DNA of 31,742 bases from Candidatus Hermodarchaeum yapensis (GCA_016840405.1 JAEOSK010000027.1:1-31742); one strand, 5' to 3'. Counted from the stretch's first letter, positions 17,904 to 27,475 are shown. Numbers and translations are program-made. Notes: generated by a model from the sequence alone, not told the origin.

Positions 17904-18512
17904 TTGTCACAGCGACGAGGGCCACCAACGCAATTTCGTTCATGGCATTTGTTGTCAGCATTTTACATTTTTTGTAAAGCTGAACATCCAGTAGGCAGGT
18001 ATCAGCTTGGAGAAGAGCTAGAATTGGGTGATGGGAGTATCCGTTCTCTCGTTCGTTTTCTTCGAAGCCGTGGTCTTATCGAACCAAGGGGTCGACAAGG
18101 GCATCAACTATCAGAACAAGGAAGTCAATATTGTCGTGAACTTAACGAAGTCCTTCTCGACCTCGTAGAGGTCCCAGCGAGCAGTTTTACTGTAGACAAG
18201 GAAAATTTTGCTTGTCATCTTAGGAATCGAGCCCAGTATCTTACTGACGGGCTCGTCCAACGAGATGCAGCTAAACAAGCAGGAGCCACCGGTGCTACTA
18301 CGTTTTTTCAGGGAACCAATCTTGATGTCATAACCATGCCATTAGAACATGAATTTCCAAAAACAGAATTGAAGACGATTCTACCTGCGTTTAATCTTCA
18401 ACTTGGAGATGTTATCATCATTGGGTCAGCTCATACTCGATTAACCGCGCAACTTGGAGCACTAGCAGCTGCACTCACTCTTCTACAAAAAAAGGTGAAA
18501 CGCGTTTTCTGA
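17904..18512 (+). CDS. Winged-HTH protein, DUF4443-like
   Basis: PVGRYQLGEELELGDGSIRSL HTH; C-terminal GLVQRDAA..AGATGATT and GDVIIIG. Confidence 0.72.
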   Translation: MSQRRGPPTQFRSWHLLSAFYIFCKAEHPVGRYQLGEELELGDGSIRSLVRFLRSRGLIEPRGRQGHQLSEQGSQYCRELNEVLLDLVEVPASSFTVDKENFACHLRNRAQYLTDGLVQRDAAKQAGATGATTFFQGTNLDVITMPLEHEFPKTELKTILPAFNLQLGDVIIIGSAHTRLTAQLGALAAALTLLQKKVKRVF

Positions 18513-18524
18513 TAGAATTGTGTA

Positions 18525-19079
18525 TTAACCCACGTTCTCGATAACCTGTCCTGCTAAAATTGAAAACGCCAGATCAGTATTCAAATCCGTTTTTGCACTA
18601 GTTTCGACGAAACTGATGGAGTGTTCTTCGGCGAATTTTTGTCCTTCCTCAGGCTTTACCACTACGTCCAAATCCGCTTTATTCGCCACTAAGATTACTG
18701 GAACATCGCCACAACCCCGGCGCACTTCTTTTAGCCAATATTCGGCTCTTTCGAAACTAGTTCGGTTCGCTCGATCATAGACCAGTAAGACACCCTTGGT
18801 TCCACGATAATAGAGTTGGCGAATGGGTCCAAACCGCTCTTGACCTCCAGTGTCCCAAATCTGCATTCTTAGTACGTTTTCACCAAGAAGGATGTCTTTT
18901 ACATGAAAAGCAACTCCAATAGTGAGAATATATGTGGGATTGAAGATGCCTTTCACATAGCGGACGAGTAGGCTTGTTTTTCCCACTGCAGCGTCACCAA
19001 CTACAACCGCCTTGGCAATGTGTGTGTATGGTCGTTTCGTCACAATGGGCTGAGTAGTGCTTTCTGTAGGATTGCTCAT
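18525..19079 (-). CDS. Rab-like small GTPase
   Basis: G1 GDAAVGKT, G2 TIGVAF, G3 WDTGGQE, G4 NKAD, G5 ETSAK; RabF-like RMQIW, YYRG, LVYD; no C-terminal cysteines. Confidence 0.93.
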   Translation of the reverse strand: MSNPTESTTQPIVTKRPYTHIAKAVVVGDAAVGKTSLLVRYVKGIFNPTYILTIGVAFHVKDILLGENVLRMQIWDTGGQERFGPIRQLYYRGTKGVLLVYDRANRTSFERAEYWLKEVRRGCGDVPVILVANKADLDVVVKPEEGQKFAEEHSISFVETSAKTDLNTDLAFSILAGQVIENVG

Positions 19080-19897
19080 AGGATATCCAACACAATTCTT
19101 TCTGTTAATGAGTAGGTTTTGAGCCGATCTTGTTCCGTTCGGATGAGTGGGCTGAAGTGTTTGAAGACGAGGGATTGGTAGGTTTGTTTGGGCATAGTCT
19201 TTCGGGTGAGTAAGACTAGTTCGTGGAAGACGTCAAACAGGACTTGACGCAAGTGCGGGTATTTAACTTGTTGGGGGTCGATTGAGTCGTAAGTAACAAC
19301 ACCAGATGTGTCCATCTTGACTCCTTTGAGAGCAGGAAGTTTTTTCGTTTTGTCCTTGAAGATCGCTTGGATTTCTTTATCGTAGGTTCGGCGAGACACT
19401 TCTGTGAGGAATCGTTGCAGGAGAGTGTTATAGAAAAGGGTGAAGATTTCGAAGACGTCCATGACTTTTGCAGCAGAAACAGTCGATTCACCCATCCACC
19501 ATGTTAGAACTAGATCATCGATAAACTCGTCAAAGTTTGTGAAGAGAGTTGTATCGGTTGTGCCTTCTTTGTGGAGGATTTCGAGTTGTTCGTGGAACAT
19601 TTTGACGAATTGGGTATTAAGAATGCCGAGGTATTTACGGAACCTCGATGCACTTTCGCTAACATCGGTGATAAAAACTAGGAGTAATCCGTTATCTTCG
19701 TCGATTTGGAAAAAGAAGCGACGATCCTTCATATTGACGACGTTAACGTGTTGGGCTGCTACTTGTTGAGCCATGTGTTCCATGCTGGCAAGAAAGCCTG
19801 AGAGGAGGGCGCTATCCACATCGGATTGGGTCCACTTGCGACTATAAAGTGGGAAGCCTTCTCGCAATCCGATAACGTAGAAGCTATGAACGGTCAA
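19076..19897 (-). CDS. Longin-like domain protein with helical C-terminal domain
   Basis: FYVIG..GFPLYSR, LLSGFLASM, FFF....NGLLLVFITD, F...F...F.NFDEFID pattern. TTG 19897 preferred, since the longer ORF overlaps the divergent gene. ATGA overlap with the GTPase. Confidence 0.72.
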   Translation of the reverse strand: MTVHSFYVIGLREGFPLYSRKWTQSDVDSALLSGFLASMEHMAQQVAAQHVNVVNMKDRRFFFQIDEDNGLLLVFITDVSESASRFRKYLGILNTQFVKMFHEQLEILHKEGTTDTTLFTNFDEFIDDLVLTWWMGESTVSAAKVMDVFEIFTLFYNTLLQRFLTEVSRRTYDKEIQAIFKDKTKKLPALKGVKMDTSGVVTYDSIDPQQVKYPHLRQVLFDVFHELVLLTRKTMPKQTYQSLVFKHFSPLIRTEQDRLKTYSLTERIVLDIL

Positions 19898-20074
19898 AGC
19901 CCTAGGACCTCTTCGCAATCCCGACCTATTCGAACGGGTATAAGATTCCTCCCCACGTTGCTTTACTAAAGTATTTTGTTCTGAATGAATTTCAGAGCGC
20001 TTATACTCGAAGAATATTGTCCTTTGGTAAAGCTGAATAAGATAGAATACGGCATGAAGAACTGGTGCAATATC

Positions 20075-21838
20075 ATGCCTCCGGAGGACATCGATACTCT
20101 TGCCTTCAACCAAATAAACCGTCAACAGCATCTTCAGAAATTACAAGAAAAAATCTGGGATGTCATCGTAATTGGAGGAGGTATTAATGGTGCAGGTGTA
20201 GCGCTAGAGGCGGCTTACCGGGGATTAAGTGTGGCTGTCCTTGACAAAAGGGATTTTGCGTTTGGTACGTCCAGTCGGTCAACGAAGCTTGCTCATGGAG
20301 GATTTCGATATATCGCTCAAAACGAGTTTGGCTTGGTTCGAGAAGCCACCACTGAAAGGAATTGGTTACGGACGAAGGGACTTCCTCATATGACGCGACC
20401 AACTAGGTTTTTGTATCCAATCTTAGAAGCCGGGCAACTGGGAGATCTTGAGTTACCAAAAAGCTGGAGTTATCGAACGGTTCGATTAGGCGCCTTTTTC
20501 TACGATTTTCTTTGTGGCTTTAAGAGTTTCAAAAATGGGAGAGGGACAAAGAACATTGATGTCATTCATAACTTAGAACCCCTCTTGAATACTTCCCGAT
20601 TGAAAGGCGCCGTTATGTGGTATGATTCGAATGTGGATGATGCACGGTTAGTCATTGAAATTCTCAAAGAAGCAATGGTGAAAGGAAAGGTCCTTCCCAT
20701 GAATTATTTGGGTGTTATGGGATTTACCTATGATTCTACCCAACGGATTAATGGTGTTGAAGCTATCGACGGGAATAATTCCACCTCGGAAACATTCCAA
20801 ATTCGGGGTAAAGTGGTCGTCAACACAACTGGCGTATGGGCTGATGAGCTCCTCTCCATCAATCGAGAAGTGAAAGACAAAATTCTTCGACCTACTAAAG
20901 GCGTTCATTTATTGTATCACCGAAAGGATTTCCCCATCAATGATACAATTGCTATGAATTCAATCGATGATAGGCGATTTTTCTTTGCCATACGACGCAA
21001 CGAATGGGTACTCGTAGGGACAACGGATACAGATTTTTCTGGAGATCCGGCTGAAAGTTATTGTACTCGTGAAGATGCAGACTACCTTCGGAACACTATC
21101 AGAATTCTTTTTCCAGAAGCGAAAATTGGTGATGAATATATTCATGGCAGTTATGCTGGTCTTCGCCCCCTAGTAGCTGAAATTGGGAAAGCTGAAAGTG
21201 ACGTTTCACGAAAACACACCGTGTTAGAACGAGAAGACGGACTCTATAGCCTACTTGGAGGAAAATTAACCACCTCTCGCAAAATGGCAGAAGATTTGCT
21301 TGTAAATCACATCAGAAAGAACAGACACCAACATGAATTACCAAAATTTAGTGGAAGAAAGGGCCTTACTAAGATTGCCTTTGCCATCACTATTACTAAG
21401 GAAGAGTGGGAATCCCATCCAAAAATCAAGAACGCAGAGTTTCACCCGCATATTCTCCTTCATCTCTACCAACAATATGGGCGAGGAGGACTCACTATTC
21501 TCCGTGAAGCTTCGCAACATCCGGAAATGGCTCAAAGATTACTGGACGAGCCAGCATATCCCGTTGAGGTTGCTCCGTGGATAGTTGGGGAGATAGACTA
21601 TGTTGTACGCCATGAGGCGCCTTTACATTTGGAGGATGTGTTGTGTCGTCGTATGGAAGTCTGTTGGACAGTCCGACCCGAATACCAAGGAAAAATCGCA
21701 GCGGTAGCAGCTTCACGGATGGGTCAAATCCTTGGATGGTCCCAGAAGATGAAACAACAAGAAATTCGCCGCTACATCAATTATGTCCGGAAAAATAGTT
21801 TCTTCTTCAAGGGAGAAATTCCCATTACAAAACTCTGA
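20075..21838 (+). CDS. glpD: FAD-dependent glycerol-3-phosphate dehydrogenase/oxidase (GlpD type)
   Basis: IGGGING, GTSSRSTKLAHGGFRY, DDARL, PTKGVHL, VGTTD, YAGLRPL, SRKH, GGKLTTSRKMAED, and C-terminal HE..LEDVLCRR domain. Confidence 0.93.
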   Translation: MPPEDIDTLAFNQINRQQHLQKLQEKIWDVIVIGGGINGAGVALEAAYRGLSVAVLDKRDFAFGTSSRSTKLAHGGFRYIAQNEFGLVREATTERNWLRTKGLPHMTRPTRFLYPILEAGQLGDLELPKSWSYRTVRLGAFFYDFLCGFKSFKNGRGTKNIDVIHNLEPLLNTSRLKGAVMWYDSNVDDARLVIEILKEAMVKGKVLPMNYLGVMGFTYDSTQRINGVEAIDGNNSTSETFQIRGKVVVNTTGVWADELLSINREVKDKILRPTKGVHLLYHRKDFPINDTIAMNSIDDRRFFFAIRRNEWVLVGTTDTDFSGDPAESYCTREDADYLRNTIRILFPEAKIGDEYIHGSYAGLRPLVAEIGKAESDVSRKHTVLEREDGLYSLLGGKLTTSRKMAEDLLVNHIRKNRHQHELPKFSGRKGLTKIAFAITITKEEWESHPKIKNAEFHPHILLHLYQQYGRGGLTILREASQHPEMAQRLLDEPAYPVEVAPWIVGEIDYVVRHEAPLHLEDVLCRRMEVCWTVRPEYQGKIAAVAASRMGQILGWSQKMKQQEIRRYINYVRKNSFFFKGEIPITKL

Positions 21839-21901
21839 AAATTGTTAAACCCCACAACTTTTTGAGCCTATTCCACGGGTCTAGAACGGGGAATTGTAAC
21901 A

Positions 21902-22489
21902 ATGACAACACGTTCAAGGTTTCAAACTGATCGCCTTTGGGTTCTGATTACAATAACACTCTTTATCGTCGCCTTTTCGTCCCATATCTGGATTCAACTC
22001 ACGGGGGGATACAGCGCAGGTGCCTATCTCGACATGATCCCCCACTTTCTCTTTGGTGCGGCAATTTGCGCATTTCTTCTCAACTTCAACTTAGGTCGCA
22101 CCTGGAAAAAGGTCCTTCCCCTCGTGCCGCCCCTTCTTATTGTTATTCTGCCAGCCATTCTTTACACATTAGCGGTTGCATTCGCTTGGGAAATCTTCGA
22201 AGAATTCCTAGCCAACTTCTTTCCTTGGATCGGCGTATATTCTGACTTCTGGTGGAATGGTGTCCGTGATATCATCATGGGACTTCTCGGGGCTACGGTG
22301 GCTGCAGGTTTATATTTGTGGCATTTCCCTGTCATTGTTGCCAAACAAGAAGTAGTAGAAAAACCAAGGTCTCTAACTCGTAAAACAGGGTATATCCCCG
22401 GGAAGACCGCTAGTCAGTTTTGTGAGAGTTGTGGATCAGTGGTGGACCCAGATTCGAAGCATTGTTCAAACTGTGGCCACAAACTCTAA
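21902..22489 (+). CDS. 4-TM membrane protein (DUF2238/VanZ-like motifs) with C-terminal Zn ribbon
   Basis: D..PHFLFG, AWEIFE, DIIMGLLG; C-terminal CESCG...CSNCG. Confidence 0.68.
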   Translation: MTTRSRFQTDRLWVLITITLFIVAFSSHIWIQLTGGYSAGAYLDMIPHFLFGAAICAFLLNFNLGRTWKKVLPLVPPLLIVILPAILYTLAVAFAWEIFEEFLANFFPWIGVYSDFWWNGVRDIIMGLLGATVAAGLYLWHFPVIVAKQEVVEKPRSLTRKTGYIPGKTASQFCESCGSVVDPDSKHCSNCGHKL

Positions 22490-22563
22490 CACGGCCACCT
22501 TAGCACTGCTCAATAATTATCATAAGATATTCAAGGGATTACCAAATATGTAGGCAGCGTAAG

Positions 22564-23649
22564 GTGAGTATCTTGAGTAGTGATGAAGTGTATGAACACC
22601 TGCGTGAACATTTGGACAGTTTACCGGTTGGTTATCCAAAGACTGATTCTGGCGTAGAAATCCGAATTCTCAAACAACTTTTCACCAAAGAAGAAGCAGA
22701 GTTAGCAACTCAACTAACCATTATGCCAGAAACTGCAGACCAAATTGCCAATCGCTTGGAAAGAGATCGTGCTGAGATCTCCTCTCTTTTAGAAGAAATG
22801 GTTCGAAAAGGTTTGATTTTTCACACACGGAAAAGTGACGTCACCACGTATTCGGCTGGATTTTTCCTCATTGGCATCTATGAACGCCAGCTTGAAACAA
22901 TAACCGAAGAATTTGCCCGGGATTTTAATCAATATATGGACGAGGGCCTTAGAGACGAGCTGGTTAAGCAACAGACTGTCCAATTCCGCACAATACCAGT
23001 GAAATCAAGTATAACTCCGGAACTAGGCGTGGCACCATACGAAGATATTCGAGAAATCGTAAAACGCCAAAGCAAAATCGCAGTAATGGAATGCTTATGT
23101 AAAAAGAAAAGTGCCATGCTTGGAGAAGGGTGTGATAACCCTCGCGAGGTATGCATGATTTTTTCAAGTGGTGCATGGACTTTTCTTGAAGCGGGACTGG
23201 CTCGAGAAATCACCCAAAAAGAAGCGTTGAAGATTCTTGATGAGGCTGAAGCGGCAGGGTTAGTGTGTAGCCCGAGTAATGAACAAAAAGGTTTCATTGT
23301 TTGTTTGTGTTGTGGCTGTTGTTGTGACATTCTGAAAAGCTACAAAAAATATCCCAAGCCAAGCTCGATGTGTCACACGAATTATTTTGCTGTTGTTGAC
23401 ACTGAATTATGTACAGGTTGTGAAACATGTGTTGAACGATGTCAAATGGACGCCATAACTTTGGACGAGGAGAAGGCAAATATTGACCTCGACCATTGTA
23501 TCGGTTGTGGTCTTTGTGTAAGTACATGCCCATCTGATGCACTTTCACTAAAACAGAAAGACAAGAGTAGCATTCGTATCCCACCCACAAATATGTATAA
23601 GCTCTATGAGCAAGCGGGGTTGGAGCGACTAGCGCAAAAATCAAAGTAA
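22564..23649 (+). CDS. HTH + Cys-rich + 2x[4Fe-4S] ferredoxin-domain protein (paralogue 1)
   Basis: CTGCETCVERC and CIGCGLCVSTCP; CLC, CLCCGCCC; N-terminal HTH-like region. Confidence 0.88.
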   Translation: MSILSSDEVYEHLREHLDSLPVGYPKTDSGVEIRILKQLFTKEEAELATQLTIMPETADQIANRLERDRAEISSLLEEMVRKGLIFHTRKSDVTTYSAGFFLIGIYERQLETITEEFARDFNQYMDEGLRDELVKQQTVQFRTIPVKSSITPELGVAPYEDIREIVKRQSKIAVMECLCKKKSAMLGEGCDNPREVCMIFSSGAWTFLEAGLAREITQKEALKILDEAEAAGLVCSPSNEQKGFIVCLCCGCCCDILKSYKKYPKPSSMCHTNYFAVVDTELCTGCETCVERCQMDAITLDEEKANIDLDHCIGCGLCVSTCPSDALSLKQKDKSSIRIPPTNMYKLYEQAGLERLAQKSK

Positions 23650-23670
23650 AACAGGGTACCGCGAACAGAG

Positions 23671-24768
23671 TTGTTGATATTGACAACCAAAGATGTGTAT
23701 GAACAACTAAGAGAACATCTGGATGATCTTCCAGTTGGTTTTCCCAAAACGGAGTCAGGAGTAGAAATCCGGATTCTCAAGCGACTTTTCACTGAAGAAG
23801 AGGCAGAAATGGCAACACACCTAACCTATATTCCTGAAACAGTAGAAGAAATCGCACAACGAGCTAACCGAGATCCTAAAAAAGTCAAACCGGTATTGGA
23901 CCAATTAGCTGACAAGGGATTGATTTTCCGTTCACACAAAAGGGGAATCACCCAGTACCGTGCTGAATGGTTTGCCGTTGGTTTCTACGAACATCAAGTC
24001 AATAATATGACTAAGGAGTTAGCAGAAGATTTCGAGCAATATATGGAAGAAGCCTTGCGAGATGAACTTATTGCTTCCGCTGACCCACCACAACTCCGAG
24101 TGATCCCTGTAGTTGCAAGCCTGTCTCCTTCGATGAGCGTTTTACCCCATGAAGATGCCCGAGAAATCATCAAAAAACAGAATAAAATCGCTGTTGCCCC
24201 ATGTATCTGCAAGCGTGAAAAAGAGGTTTTGGGAGAAAAATGTGACAAGCCTGAAGAAGTGTGCATGGTCTTTTCGACCGGCGCTTACTACTATATTGAA
24301 AATGGATATGGTCGTGAAATCACAGTAGACGAAGCCCTCAAAATTCTTGACCAATCGCACGAAGCGGGTCTGGTTTGTAGTCCAAGTAACGATCAGAAGG
24401 GGTTTGTTATTTGTAACTGCTGTGGCTGTCACTGTGGGATTTTAACGAATCTGAAAAAATTGCCAAAACCAGCAACGCTCGTTCCCAGTAACTACTTTGC
24501 AGTAGTTGACGAAGATAGTTGTACGGGTTGTCAAACATGTCTTGATCGTTGTCAAATGGATGCGATAACCTTCGAAGACGACATAGCACAAATTGACTTG
24601 GATTATTGTATTGGATGTGGTCTTTGCATCAGCACCTGTCCTTCTGAAGCGCTGTCATTGAAACGAAAAGACGAATCCGAAGTTGCTATTCCACCATCGA
24701 ACGCCTTTGAGCTTTATCGAGAGATCGGAGAGAAGCGCCTGCAACGGAAAAATAGTTTTTCCAGTTAG
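23671..24768 (+). CDS. HTH + Cys-rich + 2x[4Fe-4S] ferredoxin-domain protein (paralogue 2)
   Basis: CTGCQTCLDRC and CIGCGLCISTCP; CIC, CNCCGCHC; collinear with the upstream gene. Confidence 0.88.
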   Translation: MLILTTKDVYEQLREHLDDLPVGFPKTESGVEIRILKRLFTEEEAEMATHLTYIPETVEEIAQRANRDPKKVKPVLDQLADKGLIFRSHKRGITQYRAEWFAVGFYEHQVNNMTKELAEDFEQYMEEALRDELIASADPPQLRVIPVVASLSPSMSVLPHEDAREIIKKQNKIAVAPCICKREKEVLGEKCDKPEEVCMVFSTGAYYYIENGYGREITVDEALKILDQSHEAGLVCSPSNDQKGFVICNCCGCHCGILTNLKKLPKPATLVPSNYFAVVDEDSCTGCQTCLDRCQMDAITFEDDIAQIDLDYCIGCGLCISTCPSEALSLKRKDESEVAIPPSNAFELYREIGEKRLQRKNSFSS

Positions 24769-24787
24769 TGTAAATCGTATTTTTAGA

Positions 24788-25570
24788 TTAGCCTTTTTCA
24801 AGGATTACATACTGTCGTTGAGAAACCTTTGAGAACCCAAGCTTTTGGGCAATACGAACTGATGGAAGATTGTCATCACCTGCACTCCACACAGGTGTAA
24901 TTTCTTTTTCCTGTAAAACCTCAGCCACAATTGATGCTGCAGCACTTGCCAATCCCTTGTTCCGCCAATCTTCACGAGTAATAACTCCGATATCAGCAAA
25001 TCTCTTTGTGTGTCCGGCTGTATGGACAATCGAAACAATCTTTCCCGATACAATCCCACAGGCAACCACTCCGTCTTCTAATAACCCACGAGGAGTTCCA
25101 TACCCATGTCCCTGAAATTCTTTAGGTGCAGATTCCAATAAAGAAAGATCCTCAAGTCGTAAACGCCTCACATACTTGTGACGAAAATGCATCACAGGTT
25201 TTGAGAGTGTATAGTAGAAGTCTCCATAGTAACGGATAGCTACTTTCATTTTCTTTTGAATAAGGGCTCCAACTGACTCAGCCACTTCATAGGCCACATT
25301 AACACAATCCCATCCATGAATTGTTTGGAGCATTGTTAGTATTGCATTTGCGTTGGTGCCAAAGGCTTGGGGTTCGCTAGGGAAAGAGCTGATTTGTAGC
25401 AGAGCTGCTTGAATCCGAGGAAGCTCACCAACAATATATGCTTGACAATTCTGTCGCCGAAGAGCATGTACCGCAAGAACTGTTTCAGATGAGTCTCCGA
25501 GCAAATCTGCTAGGAGTGGCATATCATTAGGAGACAGTGCTGTAGAGGTATATGAGCTACACATCGACAA
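24788..25570 (-). CDS. GNAT family acetyltransferase (C-terminal GNAT domain)
   Basis: DIGVITREDWRNKGLA, PVWS...DNLPSVRIAQKLGF. Start uncertain. Confidence 0.85.
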   Translation of the reverse strand: MSMCSSYTSTALSPNDMPLLADLLGDSSETVLAVHALRRQNCQAYIVGELPRIQAALLQISSFPSEPQAFGTNANAILTMLQTIHGWDCVNVAYEVAESVGALIQKKMKVAIRYYGDFYYTLSKPVMHFRHKYVRRLRLEDLSLLESAPKEFQGHGYGTPRGLLEDGVVACGIVSGKIVSIVHTAGHTKRFADIGVITREDWRNKGLASAAASIVAEVLQEKEITPVWSAGDDNLPSVRIAQKLGFSKVSQRQYVILEKG

Positions 25571-25616
25571 CAGGTATCTGAGGGTAATTAACCTTCAAAA
25601 ATAATCAGAGGCTAAT

Positions 25617-25643
25617 AAAAAAGGAGAGAGAGGGAAGCCCTCT
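25617..25643 (-). terminator. Hairpin plus pyrimidine/U tract after the acyl-CoA ligase gene
   Basis: AGAGGG/CCCTCT stem at 25629-25643, followed on the minus strand by CTCTCC and T6. Confidence 0.55.
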
Positions 25644-25651
25644 GATATTAG

Positions 25652-27415
25652 TTAACCTGAGGGTTCCCATTTTTCACCCAGTTTGGCAAGTTCCTCATCA
25701 CGAAGAACACGACGGAGAATCTTACCGACAGCACTTTGTGGGAGTGCATCCCGGAACTCCACAGCTTTCGGTCGTTTATAGGCTGCCATCTTGTCCTTCG
25801 CCCAGGCTATGATTTCCTCTTCAGTTGCTGTTTGACCAGGGGCGAGAACAACGTAGGCTTTGACCGTTTCGTTACCAGGATCATCCTCCCGTGGGATTCC
25901 AATGACAGCAGCCAATTGGATCTTTGGATGTTCTGTAAGGGTTTCTTCAATTTCTGCTGGCCAGGCTTTTAGTCCACTGACGTTGATCATGTCTTTCTTG
26001 CGGTCGGTGATGACTAGATAGCCTTCTTTGTCGAAGTGCCCGATGTCACCAGAGAGGAAGTACCGTTTGCCACCGATAGTTTGCATAACAGCAGCAGTTT
26101 CTTTGGGTTTGTCCCAGTAGCCTTTCATGACTTGGGGTCCGTGAATGGCAACTTCTCCATCGTCTCCAGTCTTCATTTCTTTCTTGCCCGTGTCTACATC
26201 GACGATTTTGATGATAGTATCAGGCATTGGGAAGCCGACAGAACCAAACTTGCGTTGACGTTTGTTCGAAGGATCGGCCGATGCCAAAGGCGATGTTTCC
26301 GTGAGTCCGTAGCCTTCAAAGAGAGTAGCACCGGTTTCACCTTCAAAAACCTTAGCGGTTGCCGGGGCAAGTGCGGCAGCTCCTGCTCCACAGGCTTTGA
26401 GACTGCTGAGATCATATTTGGCAACATTGGGATGGTAAGCGAGTGCAGCATACATCGCGGGAACGGCATGTAGCAATGTCACTTTGTAATCTTGTATTGC
26501 CTTGAGGACATCTGAGAATGGTGGTTTTCCACCACGGGGATCAGTAATGCAGACAAGTTTGCTTTGATGGAGAACGGAGGCAATCATTGTCAAGGTGAGT
26601 CCAAAGCTGTGATACCAGGGCAAAGCCCCTATGTACACCTCATTTCCAATGTCAACTGGAACTAGCGGACCACCTTCGTCAGGCTCAAGCCAGATCCATT
26701 CACTATATTGAAGGACATTCGCATAGAGGTTATGGTGAGTTAGCATTGCTCCTTTAGGAACACCAGTGGTTCCACCGGTGTACAAAATCAGAGACAAATC
26801 ATCTTTGGGTTTGATTATGACCTTGGGGGGATCCGGTGGGTAGTTCGCTATGATATCATCGTAGTGGGATGTGATTCCTTCTTCGTAGTAGGGGCTCTTG
26901 GGTACTTTCCCAAGAAGTCCACCAATGATAGCTTTGAATTTGGGAAGCCAAGGTTTAACACTGCAGACAATCACGTGTTTGACATCGGTTCCTTTGACAG
27001 CCTCATAACAGGTTGGTGTGAGTTCGTCATGGTCTATACAAAAGACCATTTTTGCACCCGAATCCTTGAATTGGTGCTGAAGCTCAGGTGCCTTGTACCG
27101 TGGGTTACAGGTTACCACTACTGCTCCAGCCTTGAGGATGCCAAAGAAGATTGGTGGATAGTGAGGGAGATTCGGTAAAAAGAGTGCCACCCGGTCACCC
27201 TTTTTGATCCCTTTGCTATGGAGAAAGTTGGCTATACGATTCGCGCTTTCGTGGACGTGGGCAAATGTTTGTTCCTTATAGAAGATGGTATAAGGTTTAT
27301 CTCCTGCCTCTTTAGCTGCTTTGTCAAGAAGGGCGTAGAGAGGTTCATCGGGGTAGTCAATGGTTTTTCGAACCTTTTCAGGCCAGTGATGCTTGTGCCA
27401 GAGCATTTCTTTCAT
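25652..27415 (-). CDS. fadD: Long-chain fatty acid--CoA ligase
   Basis: YTGGTTGVPKG, EGYGLTE, GPQVMKGYW, SGDIG, DRKKDMI, AVGKILRR. Confidence 0.92.
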   Translation of the reverse strand: MKEMLWHKHHWPEKVRKTIDYPDEPLYALLDKAAKEAGDKPYTIFYKEQTFAHVHESANRIANFLHSKGIKKGDRVALFLPNLPHYPPIFFGILKAGAVVVTCNPRYKAPELQHQFKDSGAKMVFCIDHDELTPTCYEAVKGTDVKHVIVCSVKPWLPKFKAIIGGLLGKVPKSPYYEEGITSHYDDIIANYPPDPPKVIIKPKDDLSLILYTGGTTGVPKGAMLTHHNLYANVLQYSEWIWLEPDEGGPLVPVDIGNEVYIGALPWYHSFGLTLTMIASVLHQSKLVCITDPRGGKPPFSDVLKAIQDYKVTLLHAVPAMYAALAYHPNVAKYDLSSLKACGAGAAALAPATAKVFEGETGATLFEGYGLTETSPLASADPSNKRQRKFGSVGFPMPDTIIKIVDVDTGKKEMKTGDDGEVAIHGPQVMKGYWDKPKETAAVMQTIGGKRYFLSGDIGHFDKEGYLVITDRKKDMINVSGLKAWPAEIEETLTEHPKIQLAAVIGIPREDDPGNETVKAYVVLAPGQTATEEEIIAWAKDKMAAYKRPKAVEFRDALPQSAVGKILRRVLRDEELAKLGEKWEPSG

Positions 27416-27454
27416 GAGTCATTTTACGCTCCATTGTTATTGTTATCAGTTGAA

Positions 27455-27475
27455 AATAACCGAGTATCGGTTATT
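27455..27475. promoter_or_regulatory. Perfect palindrome AATAACCGA-gta-TCGGTTATT, candidate operator
   Basis: 9-bp inverted repeat with a 3-nt spacer, 40 nt upstream of the fadD start, between divergent genes. Confidence 0.55.

Noticed and set aside
19898-20131. Overlapping N-terminal extensions of the longin ORF and glpD in the ORF track
   Set aside because: Likely open-frame run-on across a divergent promoter region; recognisable domains begin near 19897 (minus) and 20075 (plus).
22564-24768. Selenocysteine recoding in the Cys-rich Fe-S genes
   Set aside because: No in-frame TGA; both ORFs are uninterrupted.
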